Shown: piece by piece, positions 24,048 through 38,049 of the stretch
Layout of the letters: every line of letters begins with the position of its first letter
Numbering within the stretch: position 1 is the first letter of the stretch
Assembly (NCBI GenBank): GCA_020536535.1
Contig: JAHLWZ010000150.1
Span: forward strand, 7,477-71,476
Reading direction: 5' to 3'
Length of the DNA: 64,000 nucleotides
Origin: Pelomyxa schiedti
Lineage: Eukaryota; Protista; Evosea
Translations under genes and position numbers: made by a program
Notes under the pieces: model-generated
The model's database searches: none
Told to the model about the DNA's origin: nothing
Seen by the model: the letters and a program-made list of their open reading frames with translations, nothing else

Positions 24048-27000
24048 TCATCCCAAGCGGCGTAGAGCGAACAACTTGATTTGCGTGGGAGCGAGCTCCG
24101 GCCGTTGGTTCACGTACACCATTCCCCACATGTGCTGAAGTAGCCACTGCTTGGTCTGGTCGGTCACTGTGTATTGTCTCCAGGTGATGGCGGGGGGTGT
24201 GGGCAGTACTCCAACAAGAGTGAGCTTGGAGAGCAGGGTGGTGATGGCCAGGGCGTCGTCGGAGCTGTGTGGGTTGTGTCTGTAATTGATGGAAAGAACG
24301 TGGGGCGAATACCTTCCGGTGATGACTTTTTGTATCTGGGGTGAAACGAACCGCTCAAAGGCCAAGAAGGGCTCAGTTTGCAGCTGCAACTTTCGTTTTA
24401 TTTGCTCAAACTGTTGCTGGGATGAGACTTGCATTTGTAAGAACAAATAGGAGTACCCATTCGGCTGTAGGGACCCATTCAGCAGAAACTGGAGGAACGA
24501 TCGTGCTACTGGAGGTTGTGGTAGTTGTGGTAGTCGTGGTTGTGGTTGTAGTTGTAGTTGTGGTTGCTGCTGTTGCTGTTGCGGTTGCGGTTGCAGTTTC
24601 TATTGGGGTAACGGGTTCACTTGGTGTCTCAGGTTTTGCTTCAGTTTGCACTTCTGTTGCTGCTGTTTCGTTTGGAGTTGTTTTTGGTTCACTGGTTGTG
24701 GTCTGTGATGTTGTCGGTTCACTTGGCAACATTGGCGGGACCAAAGTTGCTGGCGTTGTCACAGTTTCGGTTGATTGTTCAGGTTTGTTAATCTCTGTCT
24801 CGACCTTCACTGGAGGAACTAGTTGCTCAAATGTGACTTGGTTCAGCTTCTGGAAAGAAGTGATGCGGCGTAGAACACAATAAGCAAGGGGAATATTCCC
24901 TGAAAGGAGTCAATTTGAATATGCTATGCTGTAAGGAACCTTGGTATTGGTACTGCATAAGCGAGTGCATTGCATCCAGAAGATGCATGGAATAGGTAAT
25001 ATTGCGAGGGGATTGTCTGGAAGGCTTAACTACATTTGGGAGGCAAGGGGAAGTACTTTATGAAACTTATCCTGCTAACCAGATCAAACAAAGATACAAG
25101 TGCAGAAACAGTTTGCATCAGCAAAGACTTGATAAACGGAGCTATGTTGGTCATCAGAGTAACAAAGCCCTCAGTAAGAGGCCCTTTTCGTACCCCCTTT
25201 TTACCATTCTCCTGGAAACAAAATGAGGAGGGAAAAGAAATAATGCTCGTAATACTGTAATAACAACAAGCTTGCAGAATAGCTACATAGGTGTCAGTGA
25301 TATTAAATTACAATATGGAAAGCTCACGAGAATGAGGAAATCTGCCAGGTTTCCATTTACAGGATTTATTCCAAGGAAGTATTTCCTTGGGTACCATGGA
25401 GCGTTGAGAGCAGTATTGAATTCTCTGTCTTCGCTTAAGAAAAGTAGTATCATCAATCCATTTTGGACCATTCCTTGATAAGCTTTTTTTTTTTTAGAAA
25501 TAAGTACAGGTTAAGTTAACAGAGATGCGGCGAAGAGAGTCTCAACCAGGATCCTTTAGTCCGTGATCAATGAAGAAAAGAAGTGGAAGAATAATCTTTG
25601 GAATATCTTCTCTGCTTGTCAAGAAACTCCTGAAACCCTAAGACTCTCTTAACAATTGAATGCAGGCCTAAGTGTCCCACCTGATTGTAGTAAACGAGAT
25701 ACCAATAAAATAGCATCATCTCTTTGTAACATTCAGCACTACGGGCAGACCAAGGTAGATAGTGGTTAGCTGCATTGATTGGTGAACTACAATTCAAGTT
25801 AGTCACGATACGAGCTTGTGTTGACTTACTACAACAGTCGGTCAATTCCAGCAAACATGAATTCGAATTGATCTTGAACTTTAATGGATTGAATGGCTTT
25901 GACAAACATGCTTGTACTGCGTTTTATTGGTTGCTGAGGAAGTGGATCAGGGTTTGGTAATGCAGGCTCCTGGGGTTTTGCATCACTGTCTACAGTTTGT
26001 TGTGCTGGATGTGGCTCTTGTGCTCCTTCATGCTCAACTGCCTTAGGAAGTTCTTCTGTTTCAACTTTCTCCGTTGATGGTAAGACATTTGGCTCATAGG
26101 AAATCAAAACTGAAAGAGGTTATTCCCGCATGAGAGCTTGAATTAGCGTACGCATAAGGAAGTGGGAGGAGGCTTTCACGAGCTCTTCAGGTACTATGGA
26201 CGAAACAAGGTGGTTATATGGAATACCCCACCCAATGCTATCCCACGACATGATGATATTCACGAGAGAATAGAACAAAACAGCTGTGTGTGGAAGGGGT
26301 GTTATACCACCTTTGCCAACACCTGCACCACACAAGTATTCAAGGGCATAGTTAGGTGAAGTCTTGATGCAATCTGTCATTGAGTGAGATTACTGGTCCT
26401 AGATAATAGAAATCATGACCAGGCGTGTGGTAAAGAGTTCCACTACAGAGAGTGATGAGACACTTTATTACTTCAATTCGGTTGGTAAGCATCCCTTCAG
26501 TCACTTCGACCCACCCACCCACAGGTTTCTCAGAAGTTAGGCCAATTCCATGAGCCCTGGTGAGAAAAAATTACCATAACTGCAAGTTCAAGGACACTAA
26601 CCATAAGTAGGTCAGAGGAATGGCACTTGAGGATCCCGTCAACATAGGGAGTCCCGTGTTCACTGTGAAGCCAGGCAAAAACAATAGGTCAAGGAGTGCG
26701 TATAAAAGCTTGCCACCCAAAGATTGGGCAATAGAAGCTGAGGCATGGTAAGAAGTAGTAGTTTCTTTTTTTAGGCTGAATACCAGGGGCAGATAAATCG
26801 GAGCTTTCCCAAATTACCTCAGGCGCCTCATCGAGAACTAGTGGGATAATGCGAGAGAGAACTCTCATAGAAGAGCGGTAAGTTGCTTCAAAAGAGGATG
26901 CGCTGACACTGGGGGAACCAGGGGATGAAAGTGGCCTGCTCCTAAGTCGAGAGAGGCACTGGTTCAACAAGGCAGTGAGATTTGCAGGTTGAGTCCTTCT

Positions 27001-27340
27001 CATGATCCTGAAATTTTGTGTTGAGTGCTATGGTTTTCGAACGAGTATTGTTGCATCAATTTAAAAATAGGTGTGTGAAAGGCAATGACTCCAAAAATTC
27101 CATACAAACAAAAAAACCGTACTTTATATCGTCAGGAGCAATGGCATTGACAACGTCATCGTACGGGTACAGTGCTATCATTTTCGAGTTGGCCCAAAAC
27201 TCAATCCAAAACTGCTCGTCGCCTTTGGGGTGCGGAAGGCTGGGATCTGCGATCTTTGGAATCGGCACACTGGGAACAGGTTGAGACGACAGCGCATGTA
27301 TCCTTGCCGACAATGACGTTACGCTCTGGTCGTTTCCCAT
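24048..27340 (-). CDS. HID1: HID1/ECM30 (Dymeclin-family) protein, multi-exon
   Basis: MGNDQS myristoylation-type start, EQFWIEFWA, QPANLTALL, RVLSRIIP, LSEDREFNTALNAP..GNLADFLI, WVPTAEWV, GVLPTPPAITWRQY..QWLLQHMWGMVY..IKLF. Confidence 0.88.
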
Positions 27341-27586
27341 TTCTACACACACCCGACTCCGTGCTTGGGGTTTTTTTTTTGGTGTTTTTGTGTAGTTTGT
27401 TTTGTTTGACTTCGCATTCTGATGAATTGTTCTAGATATCAGGCCAGTCACAAGTTCACAGCCCAGGTGTTCTTTCCTCCCTTCAATGTGTCAAACCATG
27501 ATTAAGAGCCCGGACACTCTGCCAATCGGCTTCCGGAAACACACTAACATAGCCCAAGCATTCTTAGTAAACAAAAGCCTAGTCGT

Positions 27587-29540
27587 ATGATAGGGGTGGA
27601 GAGCGACTCGGGAGTGCGAGGGGGTGTTGGTGCTGTGCACCATATGGCACCGGACAACACCCCTGTGTATGTGAACGAAAAGACGCTCGTTGACATGTTC
27701 ACTGAAGTCATCGCTGCCACTGAAGACGACGTGCAGACTGATTGTGTGTTTTCTTTTGTTTTGGTCGGCAGCGCATAATGGCCTGTTGTCTAAGATGGTG
27801 GGAAGCAATCAGAGACTGCACAACAAAAGTCTATTGATTCTGATGCAAAGAGAAGAAAATTGCTGTCAATGTTACAGTGGGGTCCATTATTTTTTTTTTC
27901 CCCCATCTCATGACAACTAAGAGAGGTGGATGGTGAACTTGATTTCATGCTTCAGGTTGTCAACCTTACCCTCGAGTCTCGCTACTTGTCCTTGGAATCA
28001 TTTCCTAGGTCTCAGACAGACCCGCAGTTACTCAAAAAGAATGCTCTTGTCAATTTTGGTCAAAAGATTAAAGTACAATTGACCATACCTTTCTTCTCCA
28101 CTAACTCCCTACACGCTCACCAAAGGCATTATCAACAGCTGGAAGTGTTTTGCGAGAAGCTGGACATGCCGCACAAGGTACTATGGCTGCACAACTCCGT
28201 TACCTCTCAGACTTGAGTGCGCTGAGAAAGTTCTGGAAACTTTTCTTGACAGTTGAGGCAACTGGTGTTGTTCTCACTCACGTGGAATATGGATTGAACA
28301 CAGGCATGCCAGTGACTCCTCATTCCTTTCACAAGTTTCCACTGACCTGTGTGGTTATTCCTCAGTCGGTGCCGATTGTGGTCAATCTTTTGACCTCGTT
28401 GATTACTCCAGCACAGGGCACACACAAATAGTAGCTCTTACAGGCCCTGCGTTTGGGCCACATATACGTCTTTGCGTGGAAGAAATACCCTCTCCATGTT
28501 CATCTCAGGATTGTGGCCTCCAAACAACGTAACAAAAATCAAACAAGAGAAAAGCGGGAGGGAAGAAGAGAAGATTGCGCGTGTAACGCATAACCAGTTC
28601 TTCTACAGTTGAACAATCTCTTGAAACTTCAATTGGATTTTCTGAAAATCACGAGATGCTGGTTGCTTGGCAACAGTCTGTATTTGCACGACAAACTTAT
28701 CAAGAAGTGAACTTTTACATGACCCTCTCAATTTTTCCTAATACCTGTAGCTCTTCCGGGATGCTGTTAAAGGGTTTGCTCCCACAACTCATGTTGACGA
28801 ACACGGCACAATTATTTGTGATGTGGCGGGATACCCCCAACTTAATGTCTCTCTACAACCTGAGCAGCTTCTGAATGTACCTCACGAAAGATAATTATCT
28901 TATCATAACACATGTTCTGTTACCTGTAGCAGCAACCTCCAAGAAGACGAAAAATTCTTGAAATTGCAGCCCGTGAATTGTTAATGCAACAGTTCTCCAC
29001 ATGGAAGCATAAGAATAGGAAGCCATCAGCCTTGTGGGTTCCCCCAAAACCCTTACGACCGCAGGACTCACCAAATAAAAAATGGTATGTGTTTCAGTCT
29101 AACTCTTTTCCTCAACACGATGCAGCATTCTCTCCACTGTAATGGAGATACATGCCCACCAATCCGCGTGCCGCCAGGCAATATCCATTTTTGACAGAAT
29201 CGCCGCACAGTATAGAGGATTCTCCTTTCACATCAACACACTCCCGGTTTTGCAACCCTCTCTGGTAACGATATTTCAGCTGCAGTTTTTGAGGTTCGCT
29301 GTTAGTTTTTATGTGATTTGAGAATAACCTTTCCCAGCCAAGAGCTGTGGTCTTACCTTCAGGGAACTGAATTCGTGCTCAATCCCTCAACTGAAGGGCC
29401 TTATTTCACTGCCCAAGAAGTTGTTCAACACTTTTTCTCCAAAATTTGCAGGTTTTGTCCCCATTCTAGTCATATGCATTACTTATGTAAAAACAGCACC
29501 AACAGCCACTTGGCGCCACTGTTGCTATCCCTCAACTTTT
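27587..29540 (+). CDS. Hypothetical multi-exon protein (weak resemblance to CENP-N/Chl4)
   Basis: Chain of exon-like ORFs bounded by GT/AG. Only loose similarity (ALVNFGQK, VVLTHVEYG..PLTCVVIPQSVP, ALRLG, ITFPSQELWSYL). May be two genes. Confidence 0.35.
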
Positions 29541-29618
29541 GAAATGGCAAATCCTTTTTTTTTGTTTTTTAAAAAAGAAACACCACTTGTACAATGCCCA
29601 ATTCTCTTTACTTGGGTA

Positions 29619-32600
29619 TCAAGGCCTGTGTTGGGCCACACAATCCAACAACGAGGCAACCAAGGCAGTCCACCCAGTCTGATGCGATGCACCAGCACCA
29701 CGCCCTGTGTCACCACAGAAGTACTCATAGAACACCACACAATCCTGGCCATCACAAGTCCACAAGGAAGTGTTGTTGGTGCTGCTTGTGTGTGCTGTCG
29801 GGGAGCTCGACGTGGATGGCGTTGCACTCACGGAAAAAGGCCTAACTGGGTGGCAGGTGCAGGTTCCCTTTGTTGGGCATGAACAGGGAGGAAGGAGCAT
29901 AATGCTGGTAAGCCTCCGGCATATGTCCAGGCTGATTTCCTGCGATTTGAGGTATTTAGTTCTCGTATCTACGGGGTTTTTGTGTTTGGTGGAAGATGTA
30001 AAACTCAACCTCGAGAGTGACTTTTGGGCCATGTGGATAGGGGTGACTGTGTAAGAAAGAGGACTGGTAGAATCGCCCGTATAGTTGCAGTGCTTCCACT
30101 ATAAGTACATTTACGGGGAACCAAACAGGGCCACGCCAATTTGAGTTGCCTCCAAACATGTCCGAATCGGATTCCGCTGTAATGAACGTGGATTTAAATT
30201 TGAGTACATTACCTCGGGAAGAGATAAACCTGGGGTGTAGGAGACAACATGTGGGGTTCCTATCGGGCATATGGGACACTGGATATTAACTTGTGATTTG
30301 GAGAGGGAGCGAAGTCCATAGGGACTTAGAAACTCATCTTCTGCGGACATGAATCTGGATGGAATTACTATTTCATCCTAATTTGAAATAGAAGACTTAC
30401 TGCAAAAGACTGGAAAGTCTATGTAAAGGAACCAAGGCAAGTAGTAAATCACAAGTACCACTAGTGGAACATTTGCGCGCCACATGCTTGTATTTTCTCA
30501 GTTGAAGGAATTGTTCAATGATATACTGACCTGTGCCAGGTTCGGCCTGTTGGCGAGGAACCAGACCATCCGTCTCGTGAAATTTGGCAGTAGGTCTTGG
30601 TCTGCTTTAGATATTATCTGATGGCATTAGCAGAAACAATATTTTGTACTTCTACTTGAACAGCGATGATTGGAAGCAGCCCCACAATGGATCGGCATTT
30701 AATTTTTTTTACCACTCCATGCACCATAACTTGATCATAATAGAATGAATCAACAGTGTCCCATAAGCCAGAGCCTCCAATATTCTTTTACTAAAGTTGG
30801 GAAAGACCAAAAGAGTTGAAGACAACATTGATGGCGTCTATAATGGATATAAAGTGCTCAAAAAATTTGCTAGCCATGTCCTCATATCTACAGATAGATG
30901 AGAATGAAATAGCTATTCTTTGAGGGACTCACACAATATTGTGTTGTGTTGCAAGTATAAGAGAAATACGAAGCATAATTCCACAAAAAAATCCCATCCA
31001 GGCAGTACCATCAGCTTGCTCAAGGCTTCCTCCACTTTTTTTTCAAAAAAATTTCTAAGAAATTCGTTTTATATAAGACTTGAAAGTACCCAGGAAGTGG
31101 CTTACTCCGATCAAAGAGACCCACATTATCCAATCCCAAAAACCCTGGAGCATTTTTAAAAAGGAATAAATTGTAATAGAATTTACCGCCAGAGAATAAG
31201 TTCCTCCCTGAAGGATCTTTTCTGTTCACCCACCATGTGAAATTGAGTAAAAGCTTGTGAAAGCATCGTTCCAAAAACGCGAAGTCAGTGCCACCAGTAG
31301 ATTCCCAAACTCGCAAGCAGCTCCATGCATGAACTGGGGGATTGACATCACTGAAATTAAACTCATATGCAGGCAGCTGACCATTTGGGTGCATGTACCT
31401 AAATGGCGTTTGTATCAAGGCTATTGGTAGGGGATATATACCATTCCCTGGTAAAGAGTAAAAGCTGTTGTTTGGCAAAAAAAGGATCAATTTTTGACAT
31501 AGGCACCATGTGAAAGGCCAGATCCCACAAGGCAAACCATCTACACAATTAGTAAAGGAGCACCATAAGGGATTGCACACGGATATTCCCATTTGTCAGG
31601 CATTGAGATAATATCGTTCATAAAGCAGTGCTGTGTGCTAATATTAGAATTTTCCCAGAAATTAAGAATGAAAAGCACCTGCCAGTCAGAATTTCTGATG
31701 GCGTACCGTTGTGGGGGAGGAGGGGGATATGCTGGATCTCCTGTAAGCCACTCTATAGGAAAAGTAAGTGCAGAAAGGCATTTTTCAGAAAAATACCAGG
31801 TACAGAGTAATGATAAAATTGCTTGGACCATAAAAGACCAGCACAAGCCTTTCGGTATATCATTTTCTCATCAGTAGTGAGATTGCTTGGTATAATGGAT
31901 GCATAGAAGTCATCAGCTTCTTGCTTTCTTTTCTCAAATATGAGAATGGCTTCTTCTTCTGTAATTGGGACTGCCCCTGATGCTGCCTCTCGCAATTGGA
32001 GAAAAACAACACCAGATTCTTGTGGAGGGATAGAGGGAAATTTGAACCACGCACTGCACTTGGTTCCAATTCCTCGTTCATTGCAAGCTTTGCTCTCATT
32101 TGCGATAACTCGTCGGTTAATGCCATCTTTGGTGAAACCACACTTGTTTGGTACTCCATACAAAGTATGCATATTTGTCTCATTCCCAGTGAACAGAAGC
32201 TCTGGTTGCACTAAGGAGGCACTGGAAAGTGTGGGAAACCAATGAAACTTTCCAAGGGTCTCATGTTGGGCGACTATATAGCTCCCACTGGTTGTGGAAA
32301 CAGCAGTGAGAAGTGGCCTGTTTGTGCAACCCTCGTGCTTGCAATCCCTGAAAATTGATCAGTGAAAAGAAAAAGAAACAAGAGTTGCCACAGGTAAAAC
32401 ACTTAATCAAGGCACAAATACCATCAATTTAGCAGGACAAATAACAAACCATGACCATGTGTTGCGGAACCACAGGGTAGGTAAAATGTCAAGTGAAGCT
32501 GATTGTGTGTTACTCATATTTTTTGCAGTAATTTTCATGAGCAAATCATTGTCTGACACCTTGGCATACTCGACAACAACATCAAAATATGAATTGTCAA

Positions 32601-33282
32601 CAAAAGCACTTGTGTCAGTGATTTCATATTCAGGTTCCTTCCGTGTTCTAGATTTGTTTGCTGCTACAAGTGTTGCATATGGGAATGCACTATGAGGATA
32701 TTTGTAAGAAGCTTTGAGGTAAGATGATGTAGGGGTGGCATCAATATGGAAATAAAGCTCCTACAAAAGAGAGGAAGAATCAGAACATGTGAAGCCAAAA
32801 ATAGTAACCTTGACATCTTCTCCATGATTTCCCTGAGAATTTGTAAGTCCAAATAGGCGCTCTTTAAGAATGTGATCGTGGTGGTTCCACAGGGCCACAG
32901 AAAAGCACAGCCTACATTTTCTATCACAAATTCCCAGCAATCCGTCCTCTCCCCAGCGATAAGCCCGGCTAATGCAAGCCCGTTAATACAACGCCACTCC
33001 TTCCTGATTGCATACCACACAGCCTGCTCAAAAGGAAAATACTTCCACACATCTCCATCATGGGACTATCCAAACCAAGCATTAATCCCAATTTCCACCA
33101 CCCATAAGTAAAAAAAAAAAAAAAAAAAAAAAGCCAAAAAACCAAAAAAAACCTACGTAGTCTTCTCTTACAGTTCCCCATTGCCTGTCAGATAAATATG
33201 GTCCCCACCTCTTCCAGTCATTTCCCCCTGGTGTTCTAGCACTCTCAGTCCTCAGTCTCTCCCACTCAGCGTTGCTGCTCAT
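29619..33282 (-). CDS. GH63-like / MGH1-like glycoside hydrolase (yeast YMR196W-type), multi-exon
   Basis: [123 protein letters not shown]. Confidence 0.9.
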
Positions 33283-33429
33283 CTCACGAACGTCACACCG
33301 TGTGGCAGGAGTAAAATACCGGCTCTGCTGCCAAAACTTCCAACAACCACAGAAAACCCAAAACCAAAACGAAAACCAACAACAAACAAAAAAAAAAAAA
33401 AAAAGCAGAGGGGGGTGGTGCGGTACTGC

Positions 33430-33662
33430 ATGTCGTACGACACGCGAAGTAAGCGACGAGCGACGCAGAGGAGACAAGCACCGTTGAGCTTTCCTGCCAC
33501 TCCTTCGGCGCCCGCGGGCGACCGGTCGGCTCACGCTCCGCCTTCGTCGTCCCCGCTTAATGTGAGTGGTTCTGGCACGGCGGAAACAAGTGCGAGCACG
33601 GCGCCAAGGCAGACTGTGTTGGAGCAAATGATGGTGCTACTGTCTGCCAGTTCTTCTGCCCC

Positions 33663-33693
<31 letters not shown>

Positions 33694-36436
33694 ATCATCG
33701 ACGCACAGGAACAACAACAACAACCGTGCGGCGAGGCTAAGCCATCCCCACAGCCGGCCTTGGTACAGTTGCGAATTGGTGCTCAAGGCCAGATACAAAA
33801 AGACATACCTCCTCCAACATCCGAGCAAGTTGCACACAAGGAAGGTGAAGTGAAAATCCCACCAACCTCATGTGAAGGGGGTGACAAGAATGTGACTTCT
33901 CCTCCACCATCAACAATCCACAGTAACGCACAAATACCTACTGAATCAACAACTGCCAAAGAAAAAGACCCGGTTGCAGAGTATGTACCAATCTCTTTAC
34001 TTGAATATGTCACAGAATGCGTAAGGTCCTCACAAAAAGAAGCTACTGAGACATCTCAAAATGAAAGTCAGAGCAGAAAAAGAGGAAGGAGTGAGGAAAA
34101 GGGACCTAAAAGCAAAAAGAAGGGTTCCCATAAATCTCAGGGACAAGCCAAAAAAAAGTCTTCACCAAGAAAATCCACATCAAAAAAAACTGCCACAAAG
34201 AAGACCAGGAAAAAATCAGATAGTGATAGTGATTTTTCTAATACTTCCTGTGTGAGTAGTGCAAGTTCTAACGAAAGTTCGGAGTACGCAGAGGATGCCT
34301 CTGAATCTAGTCCCCCTCAAGGTGACAATCTTCTTTGCATTAGTATTCTAATCTCCCCTAAGCAAAGAAGTCCAGGAAGGAAAGAAAGATTGGTTAGAGT
34401 TCTCCTAATCTTCTTCCATGGTCTTACAAATGAGTAGACAAGAAACGAAAACCAGCATTCCACAAAGGGAGTCATTTTTCCCCTTACCCAAGGACTAAGT
34501 ACAACCCTTTTTAATAGCTTGGAGCTCATTCACTCATTTCCATAAGGATTCCAAATGAACCTTTGGCACTGGCATTTCCCTTGTGGACACCAAAGTTTTC
34601 TTCAGTGACCGAGTACATTCCATTTTCCAAAGAAAACTTGTATCAACACAACATTCCAAAGGGACCCTCTGTCTTATTTTCCGCAAGCACTCCAAAATTC
34701 CTTCAAATTCTGCCCTCGGGAGGCGAGAGTAGTGATTGACCCATTTCACTCGTCAAAACAGAGCTGCTCCGTTACGAAAACTCATACACACCACTTTTTA
34801 AATGCCTGTGGGCCTGTTTGGGCAATGAGTTGGTGCCCTTTTACACACAAAGCTGGTTTCTACCCTTTCTTTTTATTAGATAAACTAATGAGAAATCTAA
34901 GTTTGTACACTTTGCTGATTATTTGTCACATCAAGAAATGCAGTATTTGGCGATTTCAACCCATAAAACAAGGCAAACTCAACATTCTGTTTCGAAGACA
35001 TACACAGGCAAAGGTATCATACAGCTCTGGCAGATTCCTGTTACTGGATCTGAGTATGTCCTTCTCTTTGTGGATGGGCTTGGCCCGTTTGTTTACTTAA
35101 AATCAAGGGATGCCAAGTTTGTTTTCGGAATCGCACATAATGCAGATACGGTTTGGGATCTCCACTGGTTACCGACAGGAGGATATATGGAGGCATCGAA
35201 AAATGCTCCACCTGAGAACATGGGAAGGCTTGGCGTTATCGCAGCGGCACTTAGTGATGGTTCAATCAATGTATACTGTGTCCCACCCCCAGAGAGTTTA
35301 CCAGCCTTCGACGGTACTTTTTCAAATATAATTAAAAGTCTCATGTTCACATAAGAATCCCTACCTTTGGATAAACGCGTAATAATGCTTGAACCTTCGT
35401 GGACAACACGACTCCAAGATCAGGCTTATATTGTTTCCTTGCGTTGGAGCCCCTTTTCTCAGTTTTATCCTCTTCTTTTGGCTGGTGGCTCTGATGGTAC
35501 GTTCTATCCAGCCACTTAAAATGATCATGCTCTAATTTACTGCAAAGGAAACGTGTATGTATGGAACACTGCCGAGCCTTGTGCATGTGGCCCCATATTT
35601 CAGTGTGCCTGCTCGTCTCATGGAGTTCAGGGAGTGTGCTGGTCACCGTTGGACCCACTGATTTTTGCCGCCTGGGGAAAGTCATCCCCTGTTGTGCTGA
35701 GCATATTCAACACTCAAAAGCCACAGGCACCGCTCCTGTCCCTGCAACTACCCAGCACAGGTTTGTGGTAGAACTTCAACAATAACTAACCCACTCTAAG
35801 GATGGGGTGCACACATTGAATGGTCGGAGTTACCTCAACCAGCTGTGGTGGGTGCATCTGATAATGGGTCCATAATTTACAACAGCTCGTTCATCAGCCA
35901 CAAAAACTTAATGTCACATGCTGTTCACTTTTTCAAGTCGGGGGCTCACTATCTGGCCTATAATCACCGTTTGCATCTAATGGCTACCTGCACAGAAGAT
36001 GGGATAATTGCACTGGTGCCAAATTATAAACGGGTTCGTTTCTTGGAGGAGTTTCAACTTACGTGACCAAACATAGCCAAAATCCGACTCAGCCGTCCAC
36101 CCTGAAGGAGCCGCGCTTATTTTGGGAACTCTGGAGCAAGAAACTGTTCCGCCTACCTCTTCTTCTCCCTGTGTTTGTGATGCACCCGACTCTGTTGCCA
36201 AAGAGAGATGTTTTGTATTTTCTCATACTAACCGGGAGCTGGTTCCAACACCAGAAGAGTCATGGGTTACAGACAAAATGACACCACTCTACAGGTTCTT
36301 TCTTCCCTTTTGCTTCCACCACCTAAGAAGCAAATATAGGGTATGCTGGAACCCAAACGAAATTGCTTCCAACATGATAGCTTGTGGTGGGTTCTGTGGC
36401 CTTGTTTTTGTGTTCCCTGTTGCTGAACAACCCTGA
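33430..36436 (+). CDS. GTF3C2: TFIIIC beta subunit (GTF3C2/Tfc6-like WD40 protein) with low-complexity N-terminus
   Basis: [89 protein letters not shown]. Confidence 0.8.
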
Positions 36437-36631
36437 ATAAAAACTATTCAGTTTTTTCCACTTTTTCCGAAGTTTTTCACACTTCCCCAACATCCCCGGA
36501 ATGCGCTCTCAACTTCATCAACTCCCGCTTCGGGACAAATCTCGAGGAAACTTCCCAGACGGCTGGCTTTTTATCCAAAAGCCACTTGGTAGAAAAACAC
36601 ACAAAAAAAACCCAGCACCTCCCTGACAGCC

Positions 36632-37835
36632 ATGGCTACAAGATGTTACAGCCCGGAGATGGACGTTAGAGACCTTCAAGCTGCCCTTGCGAGTATTTCC
36701 CTTCCCCCATAAGTTGATACCTTGGATCACCCTGGAACTAGAGGACAAGCAGGATGCACTTGTTGATTTCTTTGGAGGACGCCCGAGAGACCACATAATC
36801 AGAGCCGGGATGATGCTTGAGGGGCAGTCCCTTGGGGGCCTTGAAATGGCTGCAATGGGCCAAGAACAGCACTTCCGAGACATGATGGTATCACTCGGTA
36901 TATTATCTTGCCTGTTTCATCATCGTCGTTTACTAAGTTGAACCTCAGCAAAGACATGGAGAAAAGATATTGCAAAGCAAGTTCATGATGCCATCTCAGG
37001 CGTTGGCACTGATGACAAGGCATTGATCGATATCTTTTCCAGTTCATCGATGGGGGATGTGGGTCTGTCTACTCATGTGAGTTGGCTACTCACTGTGAGG
37101 TCTTTTCAACTAACTATGTGCGTGTTTCCAGTCCTACGAGGAGAAGTATCACACCACCATGGAGGGAGATGTTGCTAAAGATACCAGTGGGGACTACAAA
37201 AAGACTTTGCTGGCAATAATCAGAGTCAGAGGATTCACAGTTCCCCATTTTAGATTTCTTACATTTGGGTTTCCAAACTAGGGCACCACTGGCAACACTG
37301 CGCTCGCGGCATCCCTGCGAGCTGCGAGAACAGTTGAAGAGCACGCACTGGCACTTCACGCATCAGGCGAAGGCCGAATCGGCACCAATGAGGATGTCTT
37401 CATCGAACTGCTGACCACCTACTATCAGAATTCCCCAGAGCACATACAAGGAATCTGTGCCCATTATCAGAAGACATACGGCCACTCTCTCCAGACTGCA
37501 ATTGAAAGAGAGACCAGTGGGAAGTTCAGAGATCTGTTGATTGCCCTGTCGCTCCCCAGGGATGTTTACGTGGCTCGTCGCGTGCACGACGCCATTCAGA
37601 GTAAGTCACTTCACTCCATTGTGCTTACGCCTCTGACAAGATTCCACAACAAAACACAATAGACTCAGACAAGGCACTCATCAAGCGATTGTGTACCCTC
37701 AACCCTCGCGACACTTTGGTATCAGCAGGGCAATTATACGCTACGGAACACGGTGACCTTACAGCGGCATTAACCACGGCCTTTGGCAGTTCCAGTTTCG
37801 GCAAGCTCCTGTGCCGTCTCTTCCAGCCCCTCTGA
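36632..37835 (+). CDS. Annexin, multi-exon
   Basis: HDAISGVGTDDKALIDIF, DTSGDYKKTLLAI, IGTNEDVFIELL, GHSLQTAIERETSGKFRDLLIAL. Confidence 0.9.
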
Positions 37836-38049
37836 ATAAACAACTAAACAAAAAAAACCAAAACCCCAAATTGTTCGAAAATTCCGCATGCCATCTTAGT
37901 TTGAGAGACACTCCTCAACGGTCAACCAACACCCTCGGCTTTGATCACGAGGGCCACCCTACCATGGGTCGGTGTCATCCCTCAGACAATGATTTCGCAT
38001 CACAGTGAAGTTTTTCTGCTAAACCCGGCTGTGAGAATTTTGTGTGCTG

